From a virus (lineage: Duplodnaviria > Caudoviricetes): a stretch of DNA of 26,777 bases. Under the pieces are notes generated by a model. The model did no database searches and was not told where the DNA came from. It saw nothing but the letters and a program-made list of their open reading frames with translations. The translations under genes were made by a program, and so were the position numbers. The stretch lies in IMG/VR virus record IMGVR_UViG_3300044940_000473, positions 1 to 26,777 of that record. One strand, given 5' to 3'. Positions 17,841-25,348 of the stretch are shown here, piece by piece. Position 1 is the stretch's first letter. Every line of letters begins with the position of its first letter.

Positions 17841-19079
17841 ATGAGTACTGAAATAAAACATTCTACTATCGTACCATTAATTGGTGGTATGCCTCTTGCA
17901 TCTGAAAGTGTTTTCGGAAGGCCGCCTGAATATATTTTAAGTTATAAAATTTTTGAAAACAATGAAAAGCATTTAAGAAATTATTACAAACAAAAAGGAT
18001 ATGAAATACCATATTATGTTATAGATTCAGCTGATTTCTCTCCTAAAATCGATTATGTTGATGTAGTATCAGTTTGTGCTCCTTGTGCTGGTCTTTCAAA
18101 TTATCATTTTAATTATGGTGAGCATAATCAGAATAATCAATGGATGGAAAAAACAACTAAATTTGTTTTAGAACAAGTCCGTCCTAAAGTTCTTTGGGGA
18201 GAAAATGCTCCAGTTTTGGCTACAAATGTTGGTAAGTTTATGCGTGATAAACTTAAAAACATCAGTAGTAAAGCTGGTTATAACATGACCATTTATATTA
18301 CTAAATCGCTTTTACATGGAACTCCACAAATTCGTCGTAGAAGTTTTTATTTTTTCTGGCGTAAAGATGCATTTGATAATTCTGTTCCAGTTTTTAAAAC
18401 ATTCAATAGAAAATATTTGACAATTCGTGAATTAATTTGCGGTATTAGAAGTAATTTTCAGGTTGAGCCTATAAACAAAAAAATTCCATCAAAAGACGAT
18501 CCATTTTATCGTTATTTTTTAACTGAAGTAAAAGGTGGAATATCACATACCGATTTTGCTCTATCATTGAATAGTGAAAATTTTGAAAGACCTTCTTACA
18601 ATGTAGAAGCTGAGATGTTACAGCTTGGAATCACATATGAAGAAATCGGTAAATGGATGCGTTCACAGGGGCTTAATAGAGAAGCAGATAAATGTCAAAG
18701 AAGACATGATAAACTATCAAATGGTAAAGGTGTTATGTTTCGAGGAACTGTAATTCCTGTTGATCATATTGGTGCATTTGTAGTTCACATGCCCTTTGTA
18801 GTTACACATCCAGTTGAAGATCGTTATATTAATTACAGAGAAGCTATGACGATTATGGGCTTGCCTCAAGATTTTGAATTACTTGATCCAGAAAAAAGTG
18901 TAAATCATATTTGTCAAAATGTTCCATTTCTTACAGCAAGGGATATGGCATCTGAAGTTCTTGCTGCTCTTGAAGGTAAAAGAAATATGGAAAAAGCTTC
19001 ATATCTTTTACAAGATAATTTAAGTGGTACTTTAAGAGAAAAAGAGAGCAATAGTAGTTTGATGGATTTCATTATATGA
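17841..19079 (+). CDS. C5-cytosine methyltransferase-like protein with atypical motif I
   Basis: APCAGLS (catalytic PC), GENAP (ENV-like), PQIRRR (Q-x-R-x-R), REAMTIMGLP, QNVP. Motif I reads PLIGG rather than FxGxGG. C-terminal SLMDFII. Confidence 0.75.
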   Translation: MSTEIKHSTIVPLIGGMPLASESVFGRPPEYILSYKIFENNEKHLRNYYKQKGYEIPYYVIDSADFSPKIDYVDVVSVCAPCAGLSNYHFNYGEHNQNNQWMEKTTKFVLEQVRPKVLWGENAPVLATNVGKFMRDKLKNISSKAGYNMTIYITKSLLHGTPQIRRRSFYFFWRKDAFDNSVPVFKTFNRKYLTIRELICGIRSNFQVEPINKKIPSKDDPFYRYFLTEVKGGISHTDFALSLNSENFERPSYNVEAEMLQLGITYEEIGKWMRSQGLNREADKCQRRHDKLSNGKGVMFRGTVIPVDHIGAFVVHMPFVVTHPVEDRYINYREAMTIMGLPQDFELLDPEKSVNHICQNVPFLTARDMASEVLAALEGKRNMEKASYLLQDNLSGTLREKESNSSLMDFII

Positions 19080-19699
19080 AACATGTTATAATTGATTGTG
19101 AAACATTAGGTCAACCCGTAGAAAATTGTGCGGTTATCGATTTTTCATTTATGACTGTAGATTATGATCGTTTTTTATCTGATCCATATACTACAGATGA
19201 TATTAAACTCGTAAAAAAATTTAAGCTATCGGTAAAAGATCAAGTTGACAATTATGGATGGAAGGTTTATAAAGATACAGTAGAATTTTGGCAACAGCTT
19301 CCTAAAGCTGTGCGCAAAAATATTCTTCCAAAGGAAACTGATCTTACAATTCCTGAATTTATAAATCAACTTTGTTCATATATGAATGAACAAGGTAAAA
19401 TCGATTATTGGTGGTCAAGATCTAATACATTTGATCCTGTAATTTTAGCTCGAATTTTTGATGCCGAAAAAAAGCATTTTTTATTCAAAGAATATTTTCC
19501 ATTTTGGAAAGTAAGAGACATAAGAACATATATTGATGCTAAATTAGATTTTCCAAAGAAAAATGCTTTTATACCAATAAAAGATGAAGAGCATTGGAAA
19601 AAAGTATTTATAGAACATGATAGTTCTTGGGATGTCCTTGCAGATGTTCTTAGAATGCAAGCAATAGTTCGAGCAGAAAATGATTTGGAGTTGATATGA
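19076..19699 (+). CDS. dexA: DexA-like DEDDh 3'-5' exonuclease
   Basis: IIDCETLG, WSRSNTFD, RDIRT, HDSSWD. Confidence 0.8.
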   Translation: MKHVIIDCETLGQPVENCAVIDFSFMTVDYDRFLSDPYTTDDIKLVKKFKLSVKDQVDNYGWKVYKDTVEFWQQLPKAVRKNILPKETDLTIPEFINQLCSYMNEQGKIDYWWSRSNTFDPVILARIFDAEKKHFLFKEYFPFWKVRDIRTYIDAKLDFPKKNAFIPIKDEEHWKKVFIEHDSSWDVLADVLRMQAIVRAENDLELI

Positions 19700-20580
19700 A
19701 ATTAGAAGTAACTACAGAGCAATTGCGTAAATATTCAATCTTTATTGGAACACCAATGTATGGTGGTATGGCAACTGGATTATATTGTAGATCAACAAAC
19801 GATCTAGCTGCATTTTGTGCAAGATATGGTATTGAACTTAAATTTTATTATCTACTTAATGAAAGTCTTATACAAAGAGCAAGAAATTATATAGTAGATG
19901 AATTTTTACGGTCAAATTGTACACATCTTATGTTTATAGATGCGGATATAGGTTTTAAACCGCAAGATGTACTCTCACTACTTGCTATTCAGATTTCTGA
20001 TCCTGAAAAATTTCAAATTATTACTGGTCCTTATCCTAAAAAAATAATTGCCTGGGAAAAAATAGTAGAAGCAGTCAAATCTGGAAAGGCAGATGAAAAT
20101 CCTTTTGATTTAGAATATTATTATGGAGATTATGTATTCAATCCAATCAATCAACACATGAGTTTTCGTATAGATGAGCCAGTTGAAGTTGCTGAAGCTG
20201 GAACTGGATTCATGCTTATTCCGCGTGAAGTATTTGTAAAATATGAAGCATCATATCCAGAATATAAATACAAACCAGATCACGTAAGAACAAAAAACTT
20301 TGATGGTACAAGAGAAATCATGGCGTATTTTGATTGTACCATAGATCCAGAAACAAAAAGATATCTTTCAGAAGACTATTTTTTCTGTCGAAATTCAAGA
20401 AAAATAGGTATGAAAATACATATATGCCCATGGATGGAATTATCACATGTTGGTATACATACATATAAAGGATCCATGGCTGCATTAGCATCTCTTGGAA
20501 TGTCAGTCACTGCTGATAATAAATCTAATCCAAAAGCATATAATAATAAACAAAAATCTAAATTAGCATTTAGACCATAA
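19696..20580 (+). CDS. GT-A fold glycosyltransferase-like protein
   Basis: IGTPMYGG, ESLIQRARN, FIDADI (DxD), GTGFMLI, LSEDYFFC, HVG. Confidence 0.75.
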   Translation: MKLEVTTEQLRKYSIFIGTPMYGGMATGLYCRSTNDLAAFCARYGIELKFYYLLNESLIQRARNYIVDEFLRSNCTHLMFIDADIGFKPQDVLSLLAIQISDPEKFQIITGPYPKKIIAWEKIVEAVKSGKADENPFDLEYYYGDYVFNPINQHMSFRIDEPVEVAEAGTGFMLIPREVFVKYEASYPEYKYKPDHVRTKNFDGTREIMAYFDCTIDPETKRYLSEDYFFCRNSRKIGMKIHICPWMELSHVGIHTYKGSMAALASLGMSVTADNKSNPKAYNNKQKSKLAFRP

Positions 20581-20582
20581 TA

Positions 20583-20611
20583 TTGACATTTTACTTATTT
20601 TGTGTTAATAT
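20583..20611 (+). promoter_or_regulatory. sigma70-type promoter for gene 45
   Basis: TTGACA-N17-TAATAT with TG extended -10. Confidence 0.6.
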
Positions 20612-20647
20612 AAAATAATAATGTAACAATAAAGGAGTGAATTAAAC

Positions 20648-21310
20648 ATGAAACTATCTGAAAAAACATTAACTATTCTTAAAAATTTTGCGTCTATTAA
20701 TAAATCAATCATATTAAGACCAGGTAAAGTTTTAAAAACTAATAATTCAGAAAGAACTTTAGTTGCTATAGCAAAAATTGATGATTTGATTGACGGTAAT
20801 GCGTGTATATATGATCTTTCACGTTTTCTTTCTATTCATAGTCTACATAATTCTCCTGAAATAACCTTTAATGAAAATCATTTCATAATCTCTGATGGAA
20901 AGAAAAAGACTAAGTATATGTTTGCCGATGTTTCTATGGTAACTTCTACGTTTGATAGAGATATCAAAATTCCATCTGAAGATGTGATAGTAAATCTATC
21001 ATGGAATGATTTAGATTCTGTAATCAAAGCAGCGGGTGTACTTCAGTTTTCTGAAATAGCATTTATAGGAGAAGGTGGAAGCTGTTATTTAAGTGCAATT
21101 AACAGTGAAGATCCTTCTGCTGACACATTTGGTGTAGAAATTGGAAAAACTAAAGATGAATTCAGAATTATAATTAAAACTGATAGTCTGAAACTTCTTA
21201 AGCGTGATTATGTTGTAACTATTTTTTCAGGAGGAATTTCAAAATTTGCTTCTGAAGATGTTACTTACTATATTGGTATTGATTCAAAGTCAACATATAA
21301 GAAAGGATAA
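20648..21310 (+). CDS. 45: Sliding clamp gp45
   Basis: MKLSEKTLTILKNFASIN, IYDLSRFL; 45-44-62-regA gene order. Confidence 0.93.
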   Translation: MKLSEKTLTILKNFASINKSIILRPGKVLKTNNSERTLVAIAKIDDLIDGNACIYDLSRFLSIHSLHNSPEITFNENHFIISDGKKKTKYMFADVSMVTSTFDRDIKIPSEDVIVNLSWNDLDSVIKAAGVLQFSEIAFIGEGGSCYLSAINSEDPSADTFGVEIGKTKDEFRIIIKTDSLKLLKRDYVVTIFSGGISKFASEDVTYYIGIDSKSTYKKG

Positions 21311-21313
21311 ATT

Positions 21314-21511
21314 ATGGACGATAAAGTTTTAATTACATTAAATGATTTACAAATTATCGTCAATATGATTGATGTTTGTACAAAAAGAGGAGCTTTTGAA
21401 GGAAAAGAATTGCTTACTGTCGGTCAACTTCGTGAAAAAGTATCTCGTGTAATTGAAATACATACGCAAAATTCAAACGAAATGAAGACAGACAAAGAGA
21501 GTGAAAATTGA
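21314..21511 (+). CDS. Small hypothetical protein
   Basis: AAGGA SD; IDVCTKRGAFEGKEL helical motif; in operon. Confidence 0.75.
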   Translation: MDDKVLITLNDLQIIVNMIDVCTKRGAFEGKELLTVGQLREKVSRVIEIHTQNSNEMKTDKESEN

Positions 21512-21524
21512 TATTCACTCTCTT
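21495..21524 (+). terminator. Hairpin between the gene 45 block and gene 44 (possible partial terminator or stability element)
   Basis: 11-bp stem AAGAGAGTGAA/TTCACTCTCTT, 8-nt loop, weak U-tail. Confidence 0.45.
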
Positions 21525-21553
21525 ACATTTCTTATCATGAAAGGTGAAAAATT

Positions 21554-22507
21554 ATGATTCTTGATGCAAAAAATGATGAAATTTTGTGGGTAGAAAAATA
21601 TAGACCAAGAAAGATTCAAGATATCATTTTGCCCGAAAAAACGAAGAATATTTTCAAGAAATTTGTATCTGATAAAGCAATTCCGAATCTTCTTCTTACA
21701 GGTGGTCCTGGAATAGGCAAAACTACTGCTGCAAAGGCAATGTTAAATGAATTAGGTTGTGATTATATAGTAAAAAATGGATCTTTGAATGTAAATATTG
21801 ATACACTTCGTTATGAAATTTCTTCTTTTGCATCTTCTATGTCTCTTAATGGAGGTAGAAAGTATGTCATTTTTGATGAAGCGGATTATTTAAATTCAGC
21901 AAGTGTACAACCGGCTCTTCGAAATTTTATTGAAGAGTTTTCTAAAAACTGTGGTTTTATTTTTACTTGTAATTTTAAAAATCGTATAATCGAACCTCTT
22001 AGATCAAGACTTTCTGAAATAGATTTTTCAATTGATAAAGAAGATAAACCAAAATTAGCATTACAGTTTTACAAACGTGTTATTGCAATTCTTAAAAAAG
22101 AAAATATTGATTATGATTCAAAAATTATTGTCAAAGTTATTGAACATCATTTTCCAGATTTTCGAAGGATACTTACAGAATTACAATCGTATGCAGCTTC
22201 GAATCGAATTGATGAAGGTATTTTTGTCAACATTAAAAAAGAATCTATAGATGAATTATTTGAATTATTAAAATCAAAAAATTGGACCGAAATGCGTAAA
22301 TGGTGCGCTGATAATAGTGATCAAGATATGAATGAATTATTTCGTGCTATTTATGATGCAGCGATTGATAAAGTTGAATTGAAAAGCATGCCCGGGTTTG
22401 TGGTGTGTTTAGCCGATTATATGTATAAATCTAATTTTGTTGCAGATCAAGAAATCAATTTAGTTGCATTTCTTACAGAAATTCTTATTGAGACATCGTT
22501 CAAATGA
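21554..22507 (+). CDS. 44: Clamp loader AAA+ subunit gp44
   Basis: WVEKYRP, GGPGIGKTT, FDEADYL, PLRSR, FPDFRR. Confidence 0.95.
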   Translation: MILDAKNDEILWVEKYRPRKIQDIILPEKTKNIFKKFVSDKAIPNLLLTGGPGIGKTTAAKAMLNELGCDYIVKNGSLNVNIDTLRYEISSFASSMSLNGGRKYVIFDEADYLNSASVQPALRNFIEEFSKNCGFIFTCNFKNRIIEPLRSRLSEIDFSIDKEDKPKLALQFYKRVIAILKKENIDYDSKIIVKVIEHHFPDFRRILTELQSYAASNRIDEGIFVNIKKESIDELFELLKSKNWTEMRKWCADNSDQDMNELFRAIYDAAIDKVELKSMPGFVVCLADYMYKSNFVADQEINLVAFLTEILIETSFK

Positions 22508-22577
22508 GATTTAATGAGAAAACAAAAGTCAGTTATTTTATTGAAGATCAAAAATTTAAGATATATTAGATTTAGAA

Positions 22578-22805
22578 ATGTTATTAAGTAAGATATTTAA
22601 TATTTTGAGTCTTTTTAAGAAAAAACAACAAAATAAATGTTTTTTCTGTAAAATTGACTTAAATAAAAGTAAAATATATACTCTTCAATATACTTCTTCT
22701 GAAGGAATGCATTCACAAAAAATATGTGAAGATTGTGCTAAAGTATTTAATGAATTAATTGATACAATGGAGGAGCCTTTTGGAAAACACACTAACACCT
22801 TTTGA
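22578..22805 (+). CDS. Small putative zinc-binding protein
   Basis: CFFC...CEDC cysteine pairs; lies between 44 and 62. Confidence 0.55.
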   Translation: MLLSKIFNILSLFKKKQQNKCFFCKIDLNKSKIYTLQYTSSEGMHSQKICEDCAKVFNELIDTMEEPFGKHTNTF

Positions 22806-23175
22806 TTTTATCAAGGCAGCTTCACACACAAAGAAAAATCTCATTGAAGAATCAGAAAATCCTAAATTGACAGAAAAACAATACAATGCTTACATTGTGA
22901 ATAAAGGATTTTCATATTTTGAAGACACGATTTTGCATGCAAATGAAATGAATCAAAGGCCAAATTTATTTCCTAGTGCTCAATTTAAATACTATATTGC
23001 TGCATTGCGTCCTAGAAATCGTTTTTCAAAATGGTATAAAGCAGAAAAAAATGAAGATCTTGATGCGATCCAACATGTATATTCCTGTAATAGAACTATA
23101 GCAAAAATGTATTTAAAGATACTTTCAAACGATGATCTTAAAAAAATTCATTCTAAAATGAATAAAGGTGGTTAA
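22780..23175 (+). CDS. 62: Clamp loader small subunit gp62
   Basis: PFDF, YNAYIVNKGFS, ANEMN, RFSKW. TTG 22780 chosen as start because GGAGG lies 6 nt upstream. Confidence 0.88.
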   Translation: MENTLTPFDFIKAASHTKKNLIEESENPKLTEKQYNAYIVNKGFSYFEDTILHANEMNQRPNLFPSAQFKYYIAALRPRNRFSKWYKAEKNEDLDAIQHVYSCNRTIAKMYLKILSNDDLKKIHSKMNKGG

Positions 23176-23179
23176 ATTA

Positions 23180-23187
23180 TATAAATA
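23180..23187 (+). promoter_or_regulatory. T4-type late promoter upstream of regA
   Basis: Exact intergenic TATAAATA. Confidence 0.6.
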
Positions 23188-23255
23188 TTTAGGTGTTCAT
23201 TAAACATCAAAAAATGAATAACATAACAACAACAATAATAAAGGGTGAAATTAGT

Positions 23256-23681
23256 ATGGAAAAAGATTTATTTAAAGGTTTAGGAGTTGAAATAACTCTT
23301 CCAAGTGCCGAAAACTTTCTTAAAGTTAAAGAGACACTAACGCGTATTGGTATTGCTTCAAAAAAAGAAAAAAAGCTTTATCAAACCTGTCACATTCTTC
23401 ACAAACAAAATAGGTATTCAATACTTCATTTTAAAGAACTCTTTATTTTGGATGGTAAGAATAACACGTTTACAAATGAAGATAAAGCTCGTAGAAACAC
23501 AATTGTTAATTTATTAGAAGAGTGGGATTTAGTTAAAATATTAGACCCTTCAAAGGCACAAGATCCAATAGCTCCTTTAAGTCAAATTAAAGTACTTTCT
23601 CATAAAGAGAAAGGAGATTGGGTTTTAGAAAAAAAATATAACATTGGTGGAAAAAAGAAGAAAAAAGTAGGAGCAAAATAA
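23256..23681 (+). CDS. regA: Translational repressor RegA
   Basis: FLKVKETLTRIGIAS, LYQTCHILHKQ, HFKELF, RRNTI. ATG 23256 follows a GGGTG SD. Confidence 0.95.
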   Translation: MEKDLFKGLGVEITLPSAENFLKVKETLTRIGIASKKEKKLYQTCHILHKQNRYSILHFKELFILDGKNNTFTNEDKARRNTIVNLLEEWDLVKILDPSKAQDPIAPLSQIKVLSHKEKGDWVLEKKYNIGGKKKKKVGAK

Positions 23682-24193
23682 TGGAAATTTTTAAAGTAAG
23701 TGAAAATGCAGAGTTGCCCGTTTTTGCAACAAAAGGATCTGCGTGTTTTGATTTAAGAGCGTGTTTAAATTTGGATGAAAAAGTAATAACATACAATCCA
23801 CATAATAAAGAAACATATTTACCAGTAAAACAATCAAATAATAATAAATTATACATAAATATACCACCTTCTTTTAGAGCACTTGTTCCTACAGGACTTA
23901 TCTTTAATATTCCAGAAGGTCATGTAATTAAAATATATATTCGTTCAAGTTTTGCACTTAAATATGGTTTAATGTTAGCAAATGGTACTGCTATTATTGA
24001 TAGCGATTATTGTGATCCAACTTATATTATGCTTTATAATTCAAGTGATACATCTATTGTTTTGTATCACGGAGATCGTATAGCACAAGCTGAACTCGTA
24101 AAACTAAAAAATTATGATTTAGTTGAAACAAAAATACGACCAGTAAAAAATACTGATCGTACCGGCGGTATGGGTTCTACTGGAACAAATTGA
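23681..24193 (+). CDS. dut: Trimeric dUTPase
   Basis: SACFDL, RSS, IIDSDY, GDRIAQ, RTGGMGSTG (motifs I-V). Confidence 0.93.
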   Translation: MEIFKVSENAELPVFATKGSACFDLRACLNLDEKVITYNPHNKETYLPVKQSNNNKLYINIPPSFRALVPTGLIFNIPEGHVIKIYIRSSFALKYGLMLANGTAIIDSDYCDPTYIMLYNSSDTSIVLYHGDRIAQAELVKLKNYDLVETKIRPVKNTDRTGGMGSTGTN

Positions 24194-24201
24194 ACTTAAT
24201 T

Positions 24202-24224
24202 ACACACACACACTCACACACACA
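24202..24224 (+). repeat. (CA)n tract directly upstream of the SD
   Basis: ACACACACACACTCACACACACA followed by GAAGGAGA. Confidence 0.85.
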
Positions 24225-24239
24225 GAAGGAGAAAATTAA

Positions 24240-24497
24240 ATGGCAAACAAAAATGCATTTGAAATTCGTCTTGAAATACTTAAAATGGCTAAAGAAATGA
24301 TGGATCAAAGTTACATTGAAGCTTCAAACGCTTGGTGGTCAATGATAAATTCTTATGCTGAGTCTGCAAATAAAACTGCAGAAGAATTTCTTAAGCAATA
24401 TGAAGATATCGCAAAATCTAAACCAAAAATGTACACTCCAGCAGAAGTTGTAGCTAAAGCTCAAGAACTTTATGGTTTTATCTTTAAGAAAGATTGA
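24240..24497 (+). CDS. Hypothetical helical protein
   Basis: Strong AAGGAG SD, followed by a terminator-like hairpin. Confidence 0.8.
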   Translation: MANKNAFEIRLEILKMAKEMMDQSYIEASNAWWSMINSYAESANKTAEEFLKQYEDIAKSKPKMYTPAEVVAKAQELYGFIFKKD

Positions 24498-24507
24498 TTA
24501 CTAAAAT

Positions 24508-24536
24508 AAAACACCATTAATTTAATGGTGTTTTTT
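24508..24536 (+). terminator. Intrinsic terminator
   Basis: AAAACACCATTAA-T-TTAATGGTGTTTT inverted repeat ending in T6. Confidence 0.65.
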
Positions 24537-24762
24537 AAAAAAATTGCGAAGAATTTTACAAAAACTCTTCGCTTTTTTGTAAATATTTTTAAATGATATG
24601 AATATAGAACAAAAAAACTATAACTGGTATTAGATAATAGATTAAAGAAAATCGTTTTTACTATATTATTTCTCTCTGAAGTTATTTCAGAAATCAATAT
24701 TTTTGTAATATATAAAAAATATGAAATTCTCATTTAAAGACGTTGAAATTTTCAAGTATGAT

Positions 24763-24770
24763 TATAAATA
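24763..24770 (+). promoter_or_regulatory. T4-type late promoter for hsp20
   Basis: Exact TATAAATA about 95 nt upstream of the ATG. Confidence 0.7.
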
Positions 24771-24862
24771 TACTTGTAGAGAATGCTTCGGGTTCTCTAC
24801 AAGTATACTACGTGTCCATAAGGAGCGTAAATATAAATCTTGCTTTTAAAAAGGAGAAACAA
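24769..24862 (+). promoter_or_regulatory. ROSE-like RNA thermometer leader
   Basis: 15-bp perfect stem capped by cUUCGg, a small second hairpin, then UCUUGCUUU paired with the SD AAAGGAGA leaving a bulged G. Confidence 0.65.
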
Positions 24863-25315
24863 ATGACTAGAATACAAAAAGAAATCGATGAAATCATTAA
24901 TACTTTGTTATTTCCAACACGATATTCAAAATCATTTACTAATGTTGGAACAACATATCCTCCATACAACATCATTAAGATTTCAGATTCAGAAACAGTA
25001 CTTGAAGTAGCTGTAGCTGGGTTTAAAGAAAATGAAATTAAAGTTGTTGTAGAAAATGGTTATCTTAAAATTTCTGGAAAGAAAGAAAATAATGATACAG
25101 CAAATTATCTTTACAAGGGTATAGGAACGCGTTCATTTGAAAAATCTTTTGCACTTTCAAAGGATACAAAAGTTGAACGTGCAGAATATGCTGATGGTAT
25201 TCTTTCCGTATTTGTTAAATATGAAATTCCAGAAGAAAAGAAACCAAAACAGATTCCTATTACAAGAGGAGAAAGAATTTATCTTGTAGAAAAAGATGAT
25301 ACTGTATCAGTATAA
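24863..25315 (+). CDS. hsp20: Small heat-shock protein (Hsp20/IbpA-like)
   Basis: YPPYNI, LEVAVAGF, YLYKGIGTRSF, A.YADGIL. Start at ATG 24863 after AAGGAG. Confidence 0.92.
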   Translation: MTRIQKEIDEIINTLLFPTRYSKSFTNVGTTYPPYNIIKISDSETVLEVAVAGFKENEIKVVVENGYLKISGKKENNDTANYLYKGIGTRSFEKSFALSKDTKVERAEYADGILSVFVKYEIPEEKKPKQIPITRGERIYLVEKDDTVSV

Positions 25316-25318
25316 AAA

Positions 25319-25346
25319 AGAAAGAGGAGCTTAAGCTCCTCTTTCT
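25319..25346. terminator. Bidirectional terminator between convergent genes
   Basis: Perfect palindrome AGAAAGAGGAGC-TTAA-GCTCCTCTTTCT with A/T tracts on both sides. Confidence 0.8.
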
Positions 25347-25348
25347 AT

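Noticed and set aside
12757-19079. Impression of higher GC and more CGT codons in the island, suggesting horizontal acquisition
   Set aside because: Not quantifiable by eye, and could reflect expression level or amino-acid composition.
20263-20270. TATAAATA inside the GT-A gene
   Set aside because: Intragenic and expected by chance at this AT content.
24743-24862. 40-aa N-terminal extension of Hsp20 in the ORF track
   Set aside because: This stretch is the promoter and structured leader; the SD supports ATG 24863.
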